This document shows, one piece after another, positions 10,451 to 21,233 of a DNA stretch of 28,606 bases (positions within the stretch are counted from its first letter, which is position 1; every line of letters begins with the position of its first letter). The translations under genes and the position numbers were made by a program. This DNA comes from Octopus sinensis (taxonomy: Eukaryota). The notes beneath the pieces are model-generated. The model was not told the DNA's origin, did no database searches, and worked only from the letters and a program-made list of their open reading frames with translations. The stretch lies in assembly GCF_006345805.1 (NCBI RefSeq), contig NW_021836005.1, positions 1-28,606 of the forward strand, written 5' to 3'.

Positions 10451-11544
10451 GAGAATGGAAGAATGCGTGGGTGGAAAAAAAGGGAGGAAGCGAAAGAAGG
10501 AAGAAATAATGAAATACAGAACAAGAAGTACTTGCGGATTGAGTGAAAATGTTGATCTATGGGGAGGAGTTAAGAAGAGATGAAGAGGCAGTGTGATGTG
10601 TGCATATATATGAGAGTATTTGTGTAAGGTGTTGGGTATAAGGATATGTTTGTAAGTGGAGTAGAGTGCAGATGGTTAGCTGGGGATGAGTAGGCTTAAG
10701 TGGGAGGCATGGAAAAAGGGGAAAAACAGGGACGAAAAAGGTGTCGTTGGAGACAAGATATGTACAAGATCAAAGGAATTTTTACAAAGTCGAAAATATA
10801 AGTGGAAAATTAAATAGATTAGGCATATTTATACATATATACATACATGCACATATATACATACATACGCGCAAATACACACACTCAAACACACACGCGC
10901 ACACACACACACTTATCTATATATACACACACATACATATATACACGCAACACATGCACATACCTATATGTAAACATATGTAAATCTAATAGTTTCTGTA
11001 TTTCGTTCTTGTATTTGTTTTGTGGGATTCTAATTCTCTCAAGCACACTTTTCCACACACATATGTGAATATATATGTTGATATGTATATGTGTACACCT
11101 GCATACACACATACATATATGTGTACAGACGCATATACACAGAAGCACTTATATATGTACATGCTTAAGGCCCAACTGTCCACGATTCTTGTAAAAATGA
11201 GTGTATAGTATATTTGCCCATAAATTAAAAATGAAATAACTGTAATATTCACGTTGATAATATCTATGTCAAACACACACAGTCCACGCAACCTGCGAGT
11301 CATATGCTCTCTCGTTAGATTACTTTATAACCTATTATAAACACATCACCATCACGTGTAAAGTAATGCTTCATGAGAGACATTAATTTCCAATACATGT
11401 AATATCTAATATAATGTAATATACATGCTGCATATATTACATTACATTTCTTTTTTATGTAGTAATGAGTAATATCTGAAAATTTTGCATGATATCATAA
11501 TAAAATTCCTTCTCCTTTTGACACAAGCACAGCAATTTTATGGA

Positions 11545-11685
11545 GCTGGAGAGTCGATTATATCGACTCTAGTGCTCAACTATCGACCTCCGAAATAATG
11601 AAAGGCAAAACTGATCTCGGTGGCATTTGAACTTACATCGCAAAGCTGAAAGAAATACTGATAAATATTTAGCACAGGATCGGCA
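11545..11685 (-). mobile_element. Degenerate tRNA-derived SINE (second family), copy A
   Basis: Plus strand TCGACCTCCGAAATAATGAAAGGCAAAACTGATCTCGGTGGCATTTGAACT (reverse complement of a B-box AGTTCAAAT followed by a conserved core); GAGTCGAT/ATCGACTC hairpin at 11551-11569. Confidence 0.65.
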
Positions 11686-11689
11686 AATT

Positions 11690-11835
11690 GAGTGGAGAAG
11701 GTAGTCGATTCACTAGTACTTCATTTTATTTAATCCCGAACGGACGAAAGTCGACGTCGGCGGGATTTGAGGTCAACAGAAATGTCGCAAATCATTTTAC
11801 TGACGCACCAACGATTCTGTCAACACGCCGCCTTT
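11690..11835 (-). mobile_element. Degenerate tRNA-derived SINE (second family), copy B, tandem to copy A
   Basis: Minus-strand head AAGGCGGCGTGTTGACAGAATCGTT; plus strand GAAAGTCGACGTCGGCGGGATTTGA parallels copy A. Confidence 0.6.
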
Positions 11836-11869
11836 CCATAGCAGTGATAATGTTAATGATAATAACAAT

Positions 11870-12770
11870 AATGATAAAAAGTGCAAATACGTTGAGCGCA
11901 ATATAAAGGCGATAAACACGAAAAGAGAAAACAAGAAAGATTGGGGGATTAAAATCGAGCAAAACGTTGAGCAACAATAACGATTAAAAACTTTAAAATA
12001 ATAGTAGAACATGAGATAGGAACAAGGAAAGGATTCCTAAGTTGAGGGGAAAAAACATATTGAGGGTTTCGAAGTATCCCACACAACACTGTGTGTGCCT
12101 TTTACCAATTCTTGTTATTATCCTGCAGCTGTATAGTTAGAGTGCGTCCGTTTAGCTGGACCAGTTTTGCCACAAATTTTTCACAAAATTTACTGGAGGG
12201 CTGCACCTGCCTCTTTCCTTTATTTACCTTTACAGTTATTACTTGAAGATGCTGATGAAGGTGTGGTTGAAAGGTAAATATCTGTTCTTAGATCTTTCGA
12301 CATTGTCGCCGTACTTCCTTTGCTAAAGCCAACATACAAAGAAACAGTATCTACTCTCCATTGTAATTCTATCTTCAGGATAGACACAGCTGATAGCTGC
12401 CTCCTTCCTGTTCGTAATAAAAAATCTTGGATATAAACCACAAATCAGCAATGCCTATACAGTGGAAGAACGCGTGTTACACCTTTTCGTCAATTTGTGT
12501 GCAATTCATCAAAGTGTTCGCTCTGATAGGGATCTGCACGTAAATTTTAAATGGATCAGCTGCTGTTTCCCTTACTAAACTATCAGAACAAAGATTATCC
12601 ATAATGGTCCATAATTCCTGAGATAAAAATCCTCAAAGAAAGACTACTCAGACTGTACTCGTCAATACCCAGAATAGTTACGAGGCCAACGTTGTACTAA
12701 CCCTCAGTCGAATGTGAAAGTTGGATTTTTCCCATACATACATGGGACAGCTAATAGAGTGCAATAAGCG
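11870..12770 (-). mobile_element. L1/Tx1-clade LINE 3' fragment: decayed ORF2 C-terminus plus pyrimidine-rich 3' UTR
   Basis: Frameshifted minus-strand translation ...ILGIDEYSLSSL...MDN...NCTQIDEKV*HAFFHCIGIADLW/VYIQDFLLRTGRRQLSAVSILKI...KRQVQPSSKFCEKFVAKLVQLNGRTLTIQL; E-x2-H-x-FF-x-C-x5-W is the zf-RVT signature. Confidence 0.7.
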
Positions 12771-12775
12771 TCCCG

Positions 12776-12824
12776 CAACAACAACAACAACGACAACAAC
12801 AACAACAACAACATCAACAACGAC

Positions 12825-12879
<55 letters not shown>
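12776..12879. repeat. (CAA)n-(TAA)n compound microsatellite
   Basis: Direct reading. Confidence 0.95.
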
Positions 12880-12881
<2 letters not shown>

Positions 12882-13126
12882 CATAGTAGGTGCATTAGGC
12901 ATGATAAAAAAATATTCAGACAAATACATAACAAAAACACCAGGACTTACAAACACATATAACATACAGAAAATTGCACTACTAGGCACTGCACACATCC
13001 TACGCAGAACACTTCCATACAATAACCATCAGAGCATCACAACAAATCACAGCACATACCCAAGGCCACAGAGCTGCGCTCGGTAGTGAAGTGAAGCACG
13101 CTATAAAAATAAAAATAAAACTACTG
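12880..13126 (+). mobile_element. 5'-truncated RLE-type non-LTR retrotransposon 3' end (R4/Dong-like)
   Basis: Encodes IIVGALGMIKKYSDKYITKTPGLTNTYNIQKIALLGTAHILRRTL, the typical post-RLE C-terminus (V/IGALG...QK..LLGTA.IL); followed by a 3' UTR ending in (TAA)n. Confidence 0.85.
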
Positions 13127-13198
13127 AATAATAATAATAATGATGATGATGATAATGATGATGATGATGATGATGATGATATGATGATAATAATAATA

Positions 13199-13235
<37 letters not shown>

Positions 13236-13236
13236 T

Positions 13237-13374
13237 AGTACAACATCCCCACCCCCCAAATATATGGCACATAGGCATAAACAACAAATGAACTTCAACC
13301 CTGTTGTCTCTTTGAGGTCTCTGGGTGAGACTTGGAGCCAACTTGTACAAATATAAAGCAAAAGTCAAACATAG
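13237..13374 (+). mobile_element. Short retroelement 3'-UTR-like piece between (TAA)n tracts
   Basis: Unique sequence ...GAGGTCTCTGGGTGAGACTTGGAGCC...AAAAGTCAAACATAG ending directly in (TAA)n; GAGGTCTCTGGGTGAGAC resembles R4/Dong 3' UTRs as recalled. Confidence 0.55.
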
Positions 13375-13396
13375 ATAATAATAATAATAATAATAA

Positions 13397-13955
13397 ACCC
13401 ATTCCCTGATGCAGTACCAGGCAGCGGCTCTCATGGCTTCTGATCTTAACTGACTGGGAAGTGTTATCATGTACATTGTTTTGTCTTGGTATAAAAGATG
13501 GACTACAGCAAATATTCTGCTCAATACCACAGATTTGTTTGTCAGTTGTTTGACCGTAACCAGTTGAGCATGTCCCTTAGTGGTTGACGATATGTGCATC
13601 TCTGATCACATGTAGAAGTAGTGGGGGAGCATCATAGCCATGTGTGAGAGGGAGTCTTGGGGTTTGAATGATTCACCTCTGGAAACATGGGTGTTTCATT
13701 CAACATCCTTAAACAACCCTTAATCAGGGACCTTTTGAGTGGGATGGGTTATTCAACCAGAAGAAAATTCTAACTGGGCCCCACCCGCAAGGTCATGTGC
13801 TGTTTATCTTGTTATGAGATGACCATGTCGCGCACATATGGTTGTGATGCATGTGCCTGGTGCACCTTATCAGACGGGTAGTCATGATCGGTATACTGGG
13901 CTTCGTATATTTGTACCCCAGTGTCACTTTGATGGCATGCACTGCTCTCTCACTC
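13397..13955 (+). mobile_element. ~560-bp interspersed repeat flanked by (TAA)n on both sides, unclassified
   Basis: Higher-GC unique block ending GCACTGCTCTCTCACTC-(AAT)n; recalled as a common octopus repeat; no coding motif found. Strand inferred from the tail. Confidence 0.5.
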
Positions 13956-13987
13956 AATAATAATAATAAAAAATGAAAAAAAAAATG

Positions 13988-14024
<37 letters not shown>

Positions 14025-15590
14025 GTTCAGTAGGTGTCATAAATTGATTGCAAAGCAGTTTGACGCATTAATTGATGGAGCAGAAATTTCAGGGTGGTTG
14101 AGCAAAGGACGAACGGTGATATGCTTGACGGATGTTCGAAAGGAATTACTGCCGATAATAACAGATCAATTTCATGCTTTGTTAATGTGGAAGTTACTGC
14201 CAGACGAGATGTACATAAGAAATGTACAAATTTCTTAATGTACAAATTTAGAAATGTACAAATTTCTTAATGATAATATCATTTTACCAATGGAACAAAA
14301 GGGTGGTAGGAGGAAATTCAAAGGTACTAAAAACCAATATTGATAGCTGAAATGGTCAAGTAAGATTGTAAGCAAAGGAGGACAAATTTGGGAATGAACT
14401 GGATTGATTAACGCATAGCTTATATGATTCCACATTTGTGGATCATTGAGTGCTTAGATATGTTTAGAATTGTAAGAGAAGTATGGTGGGTTGAAAAACT
14501 GAATTTACATCGTATGGATAAAGCTTTGCTAATCTGAGCATCAAGAGAGTGATTTTCCAAGGAGGTAGCTTGCTCTCTCTGATTTTGGTGCGGAGGAAAA
14601 TGAACCTGGGATATCAGTTCTAGGAAAAAATGCAGAATCAACTACTTCCTCTTCATGGATGATTTGTAGCTGCATGGTAAGGATGAGGTATAGGTGAGTT
14701 TCTTGGTAAATACGATCCACTGTATTAGTGCTGATATTAGGATGGAATTTGGACACAAGAGGTGTGGCGTAATGGGTCTTGGAAGAGGTGAGGTACAGTC
14801 CCTGTCAGGGATAGAATGATCAAATAAGGAATTAATGAAACTAATTGAAAAGGAAAGCTATAAGTATATTGGCATACTAGAATTCAATGAAATCACGAAG
14901 AAGGAAATTAAAGAACAAATGAAGAAAGATTATTTCTGAAGACAACGATTGGTGCTGTGCTCAAAATTGATTGGATGGAATAAAATACAAGCTGTAAATA
15001 CATGGGATTAGCTTCACTTAGCAATGGAGTTGAAATCATAACCTGACAAAAGAATGAGCTCATGAGTATGGATACGAAGAAACCGGAAATTATTGACACT
15101 AAAAGCGACACTGATCAGTTACGCTGTCCAGAGAAAAAGCTAGGAGAGGTTTATCAGTTGTCAGGATGTGTAGAAGCAGAGGAAAACCAGTTCGGTATAG
15201 TATGTAAAAATGCTGTGGAACCATTTGTTGAAAGCATGTGAAGTCTGCCATCATTAAAACTGATAACTGTATTGGAAAGAGAAATATAAAGAGGTAAAAA
15301 TCACAAAAAAATTAGCACAACATGAATACAAAAGGTGACATGACAATTTAGCAAGAATGACCCATTGGGAGTTTCATGGAAATTAGTGTCCAAGAAGATC
15401 AAAGACGTGCTATGACCAAATCTCAGAAGAAGTTATTGAGAATGAAGATTGCAAAATCCTGTGGGATGCATTGATTCACCGTGACCATCAGATTAAACAC
15501 TGAAAGCTTGACATTGTTATAGCGAACAAAAAAAAATACATGCTTGATAATTGACAAAACATGTCCTGGTGACAGCAGGATTAGTCATAA
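14025..15590 (+). pseudogene. Decayed R4/Dong-clade non-LTR retrotransposon ORF (RT plus RLE), truncated at both ends
   Basis: GWLSKGRTVI, NRSIS..LMWKLL, EQKGGRRKFKGTKNQ, NWID*RIAY/MIPHLWIIECL, IFQGGSL (14552-14572), FMDDL (14652-14666), YKYIG, NKIQAVNTW, then KILWD...KLDIVI...CLIID..CPGD (RLE). Many stops and frameshifts; no CCHC knuckle seen, so apparently deleted. Confidence 0.92.
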
Positions 15591-16232
15591 CCGAATACCC
15601 TCCCATTGGGTTACAGATTTCGGAAATCAAATCCGTTTTTCACGAGAACATATACACATACACACACGTACACTCTCATTTATTTAGAAGGTACACGCAC
15701 GCACACGCACACAAACGCGCACACGCATGCACACATATAAGCACATAAACGTACACATATATTTATATACATACAAGCATAAAAAACTTTACCTATCTAT
15801 CTATATACACTCACAGACACACAGACACACACACGCACATATATACAGACACACTTATGCGCGTATGCTTGCATATGTGTGTGTGTGTATGTGAGAGAGA
15901 GAGAGAGTACGTGTGCGTATGAGTCTGCCTATCTGTATGAATTACCCTTTATCATTTTGGAACGAATAAAAATGCATTAAATTTCCAGTACCAGTATATT
16001 TTACATAAATTTTACGGGAATATAAATACAAACACACGTTACATTTTATCTTAAATAGAAAGCCAATAAATCCATGGGCTGAGATTATAAAATGAAAAAT
16101 ATATTGTCATCATTTTAAAGAACACAAGTAACGTTTTCATTCGTTTCATATTGTCACATACCATCCATAGACTCCCGACCAACTGAAGCCGATGTCAAGT
16201 ACATATAGCCTCTGCTGAACATTGCATTTAAT

Positions 16233-16385
16233 ACATGCATACATACATACATACATACATACATGCATACATACATACATGCATACATAAGTCCATACAT
16301 ACATACATACATACATACATACATACATACATACATACATACATACATACATACGTACATATCTGCATACATACATACATACATA
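16233..16385. repeat. (ATAC)n tetranucleotide microsatellite
   Basis: Direct reading. Confidence 0.95.
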
Positions 16386-16727
16386 GGCGGATATGTGAGT
16401 GTGTGTGTGCGTATGTGTTTGTGTGTAGTTGTGAGTGTGTACGTATATATACACGCACACACAGTGGAATGCACAGATTTACAGAGGTGCAAACAGACAT
16501 AGATATGTCTATTTGCGTGTGTATAAATAAGTGTATTAATAAGTTTGAATATAAGTATATGTACATGTGTGTGCATGAGTTTTGTGTGTATATATATATA
16601 TATATCTATATATATATATACTATATATATATAATATATATATATATAAATACACACACAGACGCACACACACATAGACGCACACACACACAGACGCACA
16701 CACACACACAGGCGCACACACACACCG

Positions 16728-16763
<36 letters not shown>

Positions 16764-16814
16764 ATCAAAAACTAAGCTGATAAAGAAATAAACCATTATC
16801 TAATGAACTTCATT

Positions 16815-16895
16815 AGCTCACAGCTGTTTCTCCTATATGATGCAATGGAATCATAGTCGACTGCCTGAGTATCAGCTTATAGCTTCATCAGAGCC
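16815..16895 (-). ncRNA. Hammerhead-like motif with long stem II and non-cleavable GUG site
   Basis: Minus strand: GGCT-CTGATGA-[54 nt]-GAAACAGCTGT-G-AGCT; palindromic stem III ACAGCTGT, identical to the 17510 motif. Confidence 0.45.
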
Positions 16896-17228
16896 TCAAA
16901 CATGAAGTGCAATTTATTTGGGAAAACATTGACAATTATATTTGTACACAGAAAGGCAACCGATGAGAAAACATACAAGCATGTAGGGAAAGAATACCAA
17001 GAGTTCCTTCCATAATCAGAGCATAATTAAAAATTAATCTTATTCTGATTATAGGAGGAGAGGAACTCCTGGCTTCCTTTCCCAACATATCTGAATATTT
17101 TCTCATTGGTTGCTTTTTTGTGTATGCGCAGAAATGTAAACTTTTCCCATATAAATTGCACTTCATGTTTGAAGCTCCGATAAAACTTTAAAGTGATATT
17201 CAGGCACTCAACTATGATTTCACTGTAG
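16840..17228. repeat. ~390-bp diverged foldback (inverted repeat)
   Basis: CAAACATGAAGTGCAATTTATTTGGGAAAA pairs with TTTTCCCATATAAATTGCACTTCATGTTTG; outer AATCATAGTCGACTGCCTGAGTATCA pairs with TGATATTCAGGCACTCAACTATGATT; centre near 17033. Confidence 0.85.
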
Positions 17229-17509
17229 AATAACTGTTTATTCCTTTGTCAACTCAATTTCTTATAACCGTTCAGTACTCGACTAATGGTCCTTTCTGAA
17301 GTATATGTATATTGAGTTCTACATCAGGTTATTAGCATTGCAATTCCCAAGCGAAATATAAATATATATATATTATACCATTCTGCCTAAAAAAATGGAT
17401 CTATAAATTCAATATCCCTACATATCTCACATCTATTTTCTTTCCTCCACCTCACTCTTTATTTTGTATCCTATCTAAATTAGTTATTACTTAAGCATCC
17501 TCTCACACC

Positions 17510-17561
17510 GTCTCTGATGAAGGGATATAACTAATAAATATCCTGGAAACAGCTGTAAGAC
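17510..17561 (+). ncRNA. Minimal type I hammerhead ribozyme, intact core
   Basis: GTCT-CTGATGA-A-GGGATAT-AACTAATAA-ATATCCT-G-GAA-ACAGCTGT-A-AGAC. Stem I GTCT/AGAC, 7-bp stem II, self-complementary stem III, GUA site at 17555-17557. Confidence 0.78.
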
Positions 17562-17631
17562 CATCTATCTATAAATGTTCTAATATCTACACAGACTTGG
17601 TTTTTTTATCTCATTACGCAAAAAATTATCA

Positions 17632-17663
<32 letters not shown>

Positions 17664-18192
17664 ACTTCTACTTATATGCTTTATGTATTTAAATAATCAA
17701 ATAATTAGACTTATATTTTCATCGATAGAAAACTATAGTGAACTTCGTTTTAGATACTCACGGAAAAACACAGAGACGACTATACATAAATACTTTGCGT
17801 TTAAAGGCAATTTTTCAAATTTATTCGCTAACTTTTTTTATAGAGCAAATATTTATCATGCACTATTCCAAACATCAGCGATAGTCTTTGAACATTCAAC
17901 TGTTTATTAAAAAGCACTTATAAACTTCGAGAGAAAATACGATAAGCCGTTTTTAATAGAGTGGATCTTGAAGCAGAGAAAACTATAAATAATAAATAGC
18001 CCATGGGCAGCCTTCAAGTTTTTCAACCCAACCGTTTTTTTAACTCAAAATATATATATACACTATAACTTATAGCTTTATCGCTTCACACACACACACG
18101 CGCGTACACACACGCAGATATATGTATGTATATATATACATGTGTGTATGAAGTGATAAAGCTATAAATTATGTGTACACACACATACACAC

Positions 18193-18340
18193 TCACATGT
18201 AGCATAGTGGTTAACCAAAATATGAACGATGTTGTAAGCACCAACCTGACATTGATTTGATTGACTAAACTAGTCAACGAGTAGCCCCAAGCATGACCAT
18301 GGGCTAAACAGTAAAACAAAAGTGAACGAGTAAAAGAATA
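18193..18340 (+). mobile_element. Possible heavily degraded SINE remnant
   Basis: TAGCATAGTGGTTAA A-box-like start and GCCCCAAGCATGACC...AGTAAAAGA resembling the tail of the 2922 family. Confidence 0.3.
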
Positions 18341-18635
18341 GGAAATGACATAACGCTAAAGAAGATGAGCAGTAAATAAATAGAAGTTGCAAATTATTTC
18401 TTAACACAGAGAAGGTTAATTCCTAAGCGTGATTGGTAGAGTTAAGGAGAGAGATAGAAAAGGCAAAAGAAAAAAAAATCCAAAACGTTTAATATGTGTC
18501 TTCAGAAGACCTTTTAAAAGAACACCAGAAGAATACAAATAAGCTTCTGTATCCACACACGTGTATGCGTGTGCAGGTTTATTTACATAGGCAGATATAT
18601 AAACATGTCTATCTATCTATCTATCTATCTATTGG

Positions 18636-18675
<40 letters not shown>

Positions 18676-18694
18676 TTGTATTATATATATATAT

Positions 18695-18971
18695 TGTGAC
18701 CGACCAGACCATCAGGTGTTGTTACACATCGTTGGTCACAATGCGTTCGCATTGTTTTAGCCTTCGAATGACGCCACCCCGCTGGCTAAGCGAGCAGGCC
18801 AATAGAAGAAAGAGTGAGAGAAAGAGTGGTGAAAGAGCCGGAGCCTCATGGAGCGTTAAGGTGTTTTCGCTCAATAAACACACACAACGCCCGGTATGGG
18901 AATCGAAACCGCGATCCTACGACCACGAGTCCGCTGCCCTAACCACCGGGCCCTTGCGCCCCATTGCGCCT

Positions 18972-18974
<3 letters not shown>
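18695..18974 (-). mobile_element. tRNA-derived SINE (third family)
   Basis: Minus-strand head GGAGGCGCAATGG...CCGGTGGTTAGGGCAGCGGACTC...GGTTTCGATTCCCA (A and B boxes); 3' end TGATGGTCTGGTCGGTCACA. Confidence 0.85.
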
Positions 18975-19046
<72 letters not shown>

Positions 19047-19050
<4 letters not shown>

Positions 19051-19074
19051 TAGATAGATAATAATAGATAGATA

Positions 19075-19153
<79 letters not shown>
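19047..19153. repeat. (AGAT)n microsatellite preceded by (AC)n-(AT)n
   Basis: Direct reading. Confidence 0.95.
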
Positions 19154-19154
<1 letters not shown>

Positions 19155-19210
19155 GTAATTTTGTATGTATATATGTACATATATGTTTGTATACACACAC
19201 ATATCATATA

Positions 19211-20462
19211 CATACACGATGAGTAAATTGACGCCATTTTATATTTTTAATTTAGCGTATGCGCAATGCTTGTTTTTGATTTTGTCAACAACACACTATA
19301 ATAAGGTCAGTTGGGCACCATCTGAGAGAAAAACAGCACTATGGCGCAATTCACTCTGCCAGAAATTTGGAAACAACATGCTGTACTGCTTAGCATTCGC
19401 GCTGTAAACTCCAATATGGACATTCCAGAGTGTTTGTGTGCATGGGATTCGGAAAGAGTTGCCTGAATCTAATGGTGATTACGAAAGTATGGCAGCTCGG
19501 AAAACTCACTCTGATCGTTCTCATAAGAACTCCTGAATTTGATGGTGAGATTAAGGCCATGCTTGACAACGATCCCTCCAAGTCAGGCAGGCCCATCACC
19601 AAGGACATATGGTGTCTGAGTTTCCTATCAGGCAGGTGGTGCATGAGGACATTCGGTATTCTTCATGCAAGATGGGAAAGGGCCAGTTTTTATCCCAAGC
19701 CATCAAGGCCTGCGCTACAAGGCTTTTAAACAAACTCGAGCATCCCATCAAACCGAACATGTTTTAGTTTTTCCTCAGACGAGAAAAATTTCTGCCAGGA
19801 TGAGATGGTGGACAGACGGAACAACTCTCGGCTTGCCATGTCCCCAAAACATGCACTGAGATCGATAAAGATTAAACATCCATTCAACATCATGGTGTTT
19901 AGAGTGATTACTAGTGATGTCAACGTTATACTTCCACATGGCCTCAGACCCAACATGGAGGTCTACATCTAGTGCCTAGAAGGGGTAGTGCTGCCCTGGG
20001 AGAAAAGTGTGGCTGCTGGAAGACCTTATGTCCGGCACCAGGGCTCTTCACCATGCCACACAAGCAGGAGAACCCAATCATGGCTGTCAGACAATTTCTG
20101 CGACCACATCACCCCCTAACATCTGGCCACCTAACTCCCCAAACTGTAACCCCTTCATTATTATGTGTGGGGCGCAGTTCAGCGAGAGACCAACAAAACT
20201 CATTGTAACACCAAAGATGATCTGAAGGATTATGACAGCATTCACCAACTTAAACAAGGAGACCAACCAGAGGAGTTGCAGGAAATTCCGAAGTCATCTG
20301 GGGGACTTGGTTGAAGCTAATGGCAATTTTATTAAATAAATTTACTCTTTACTATTTCAAGATAGTTTTATGTAATTTTGGTAAATATATCTGTTGAAAT
20401 GATATGCCAGTGTTATTTTCATTTTTGCGTACTTTATACGACAATTATTCATTGCACCCATA
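19211..20462 (+). mobile_element. Tc1/mariner DNA transposon, DD37D (maT) family, decayed
   Basis: Contains the transposase pseudogene below; weak TIR match (CGATGAGTAAATTGACG versus reverse complement CAATGAATAATTGTCG); TA-rich flanks. Confidence 0.8.
19341..20339 (+). pseudogene. DD37D (maT) transposase pseudogene
   Basis: MAQFTLPEIWKQHAV...RTPEF...FSDEKNF (D at 19778)...MVF...HQGSSPCH...WPPNSPNCNPF/YYVWG...VEANGNFIK*; 37 residues between the second and third catalytic positions, both damaged here. Confidence 0.9.
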
Positions 20463-20468
20463 GATATA

Positions 20469-20510
<42 letters not shown>

Positions 20511-20515
<5 letters not shown>

Positions 20516-21090
20516 TGAGGATGATTATATCAGTAGCTAGCGTATAAAAAAAATAATTTTATATTAATTTCATATCGGTAAAATTAATTTTTAAATACAT
20601 AATTATAAAAATATAATTATAATTGAGATCTTGGGAATGTGAGCGACTATACGCTAGAAATAGATATCAAATACCTACAATCCACTCTAAATTTGTTCTC
20701 TATTTATAACCCAAGGCCGGATGCGAAGAAATGAGCAATAAGATTTACAAATTTCGGATAATCCTTTATCTTAAGATTTAGTGCTCTGCAATGAAGATTA
20801 CTTTGAACTCCTCAGTGGGGATAAACCGACAATATATAAGCGAAAAATACGTATACATGCCGAAAAACCTTTTGTCTACTGAGGAGTGCAAAGTAATCTT
20901 AAGATATATCTTAAGATATAGAATTATCCGAAATTTCTAAATCTTCTTGCTCATTTCATCGCATTCGGCCTTGGGTTATCAATAAGGAACAAATTTAGAG
21001 TAGATTGTAGGTACTTGACATCTACTTCTAGCGTGTAGGCGCTGACTTTCCAGTGCCCTTAATAATAATTATATTTTTATAATTATATTC
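20511..21090. mobile_element. ~490-bp foldback (arms ~20599-20817 and ~20877-21086) with decayed divergent hammerhead cores; probable Penelope-like derivative
   Basis: Arms are diverged reverse complements (e.g. CCCAAGGCCGGATGCG versus CGCATTCGGCCTTGGG); CTGAGGA at 20815-20809 (minus) and 20879-20885 (plus); ~60-bp spacer; (TA)n flanks. Confidence 0.75.
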
Positions 21091-21166
21091 TTAAATATAT
21101 ATATATATAGTATATGTTCATAAGTCTATTTATGAATGTAGGTGGGTGTATATTCATATACATGGA

Positions 21167-21233
<67 letters not shown>

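Noticed and set aside
12251-12278. CTGATGAAGGTGTGGTTGAAAGGTA as a hammerhead
   Set aside because: No credible stem I, II or III; lies on the antisense strand of the L1 coding remnant; chance match.
12721-13086. 121-aa ORF as a gene
   Set aside because: Chimera of poly-T/poly-I from (CAA)n/(TAA)n fused to a retrotransposon C-terminal remnant.
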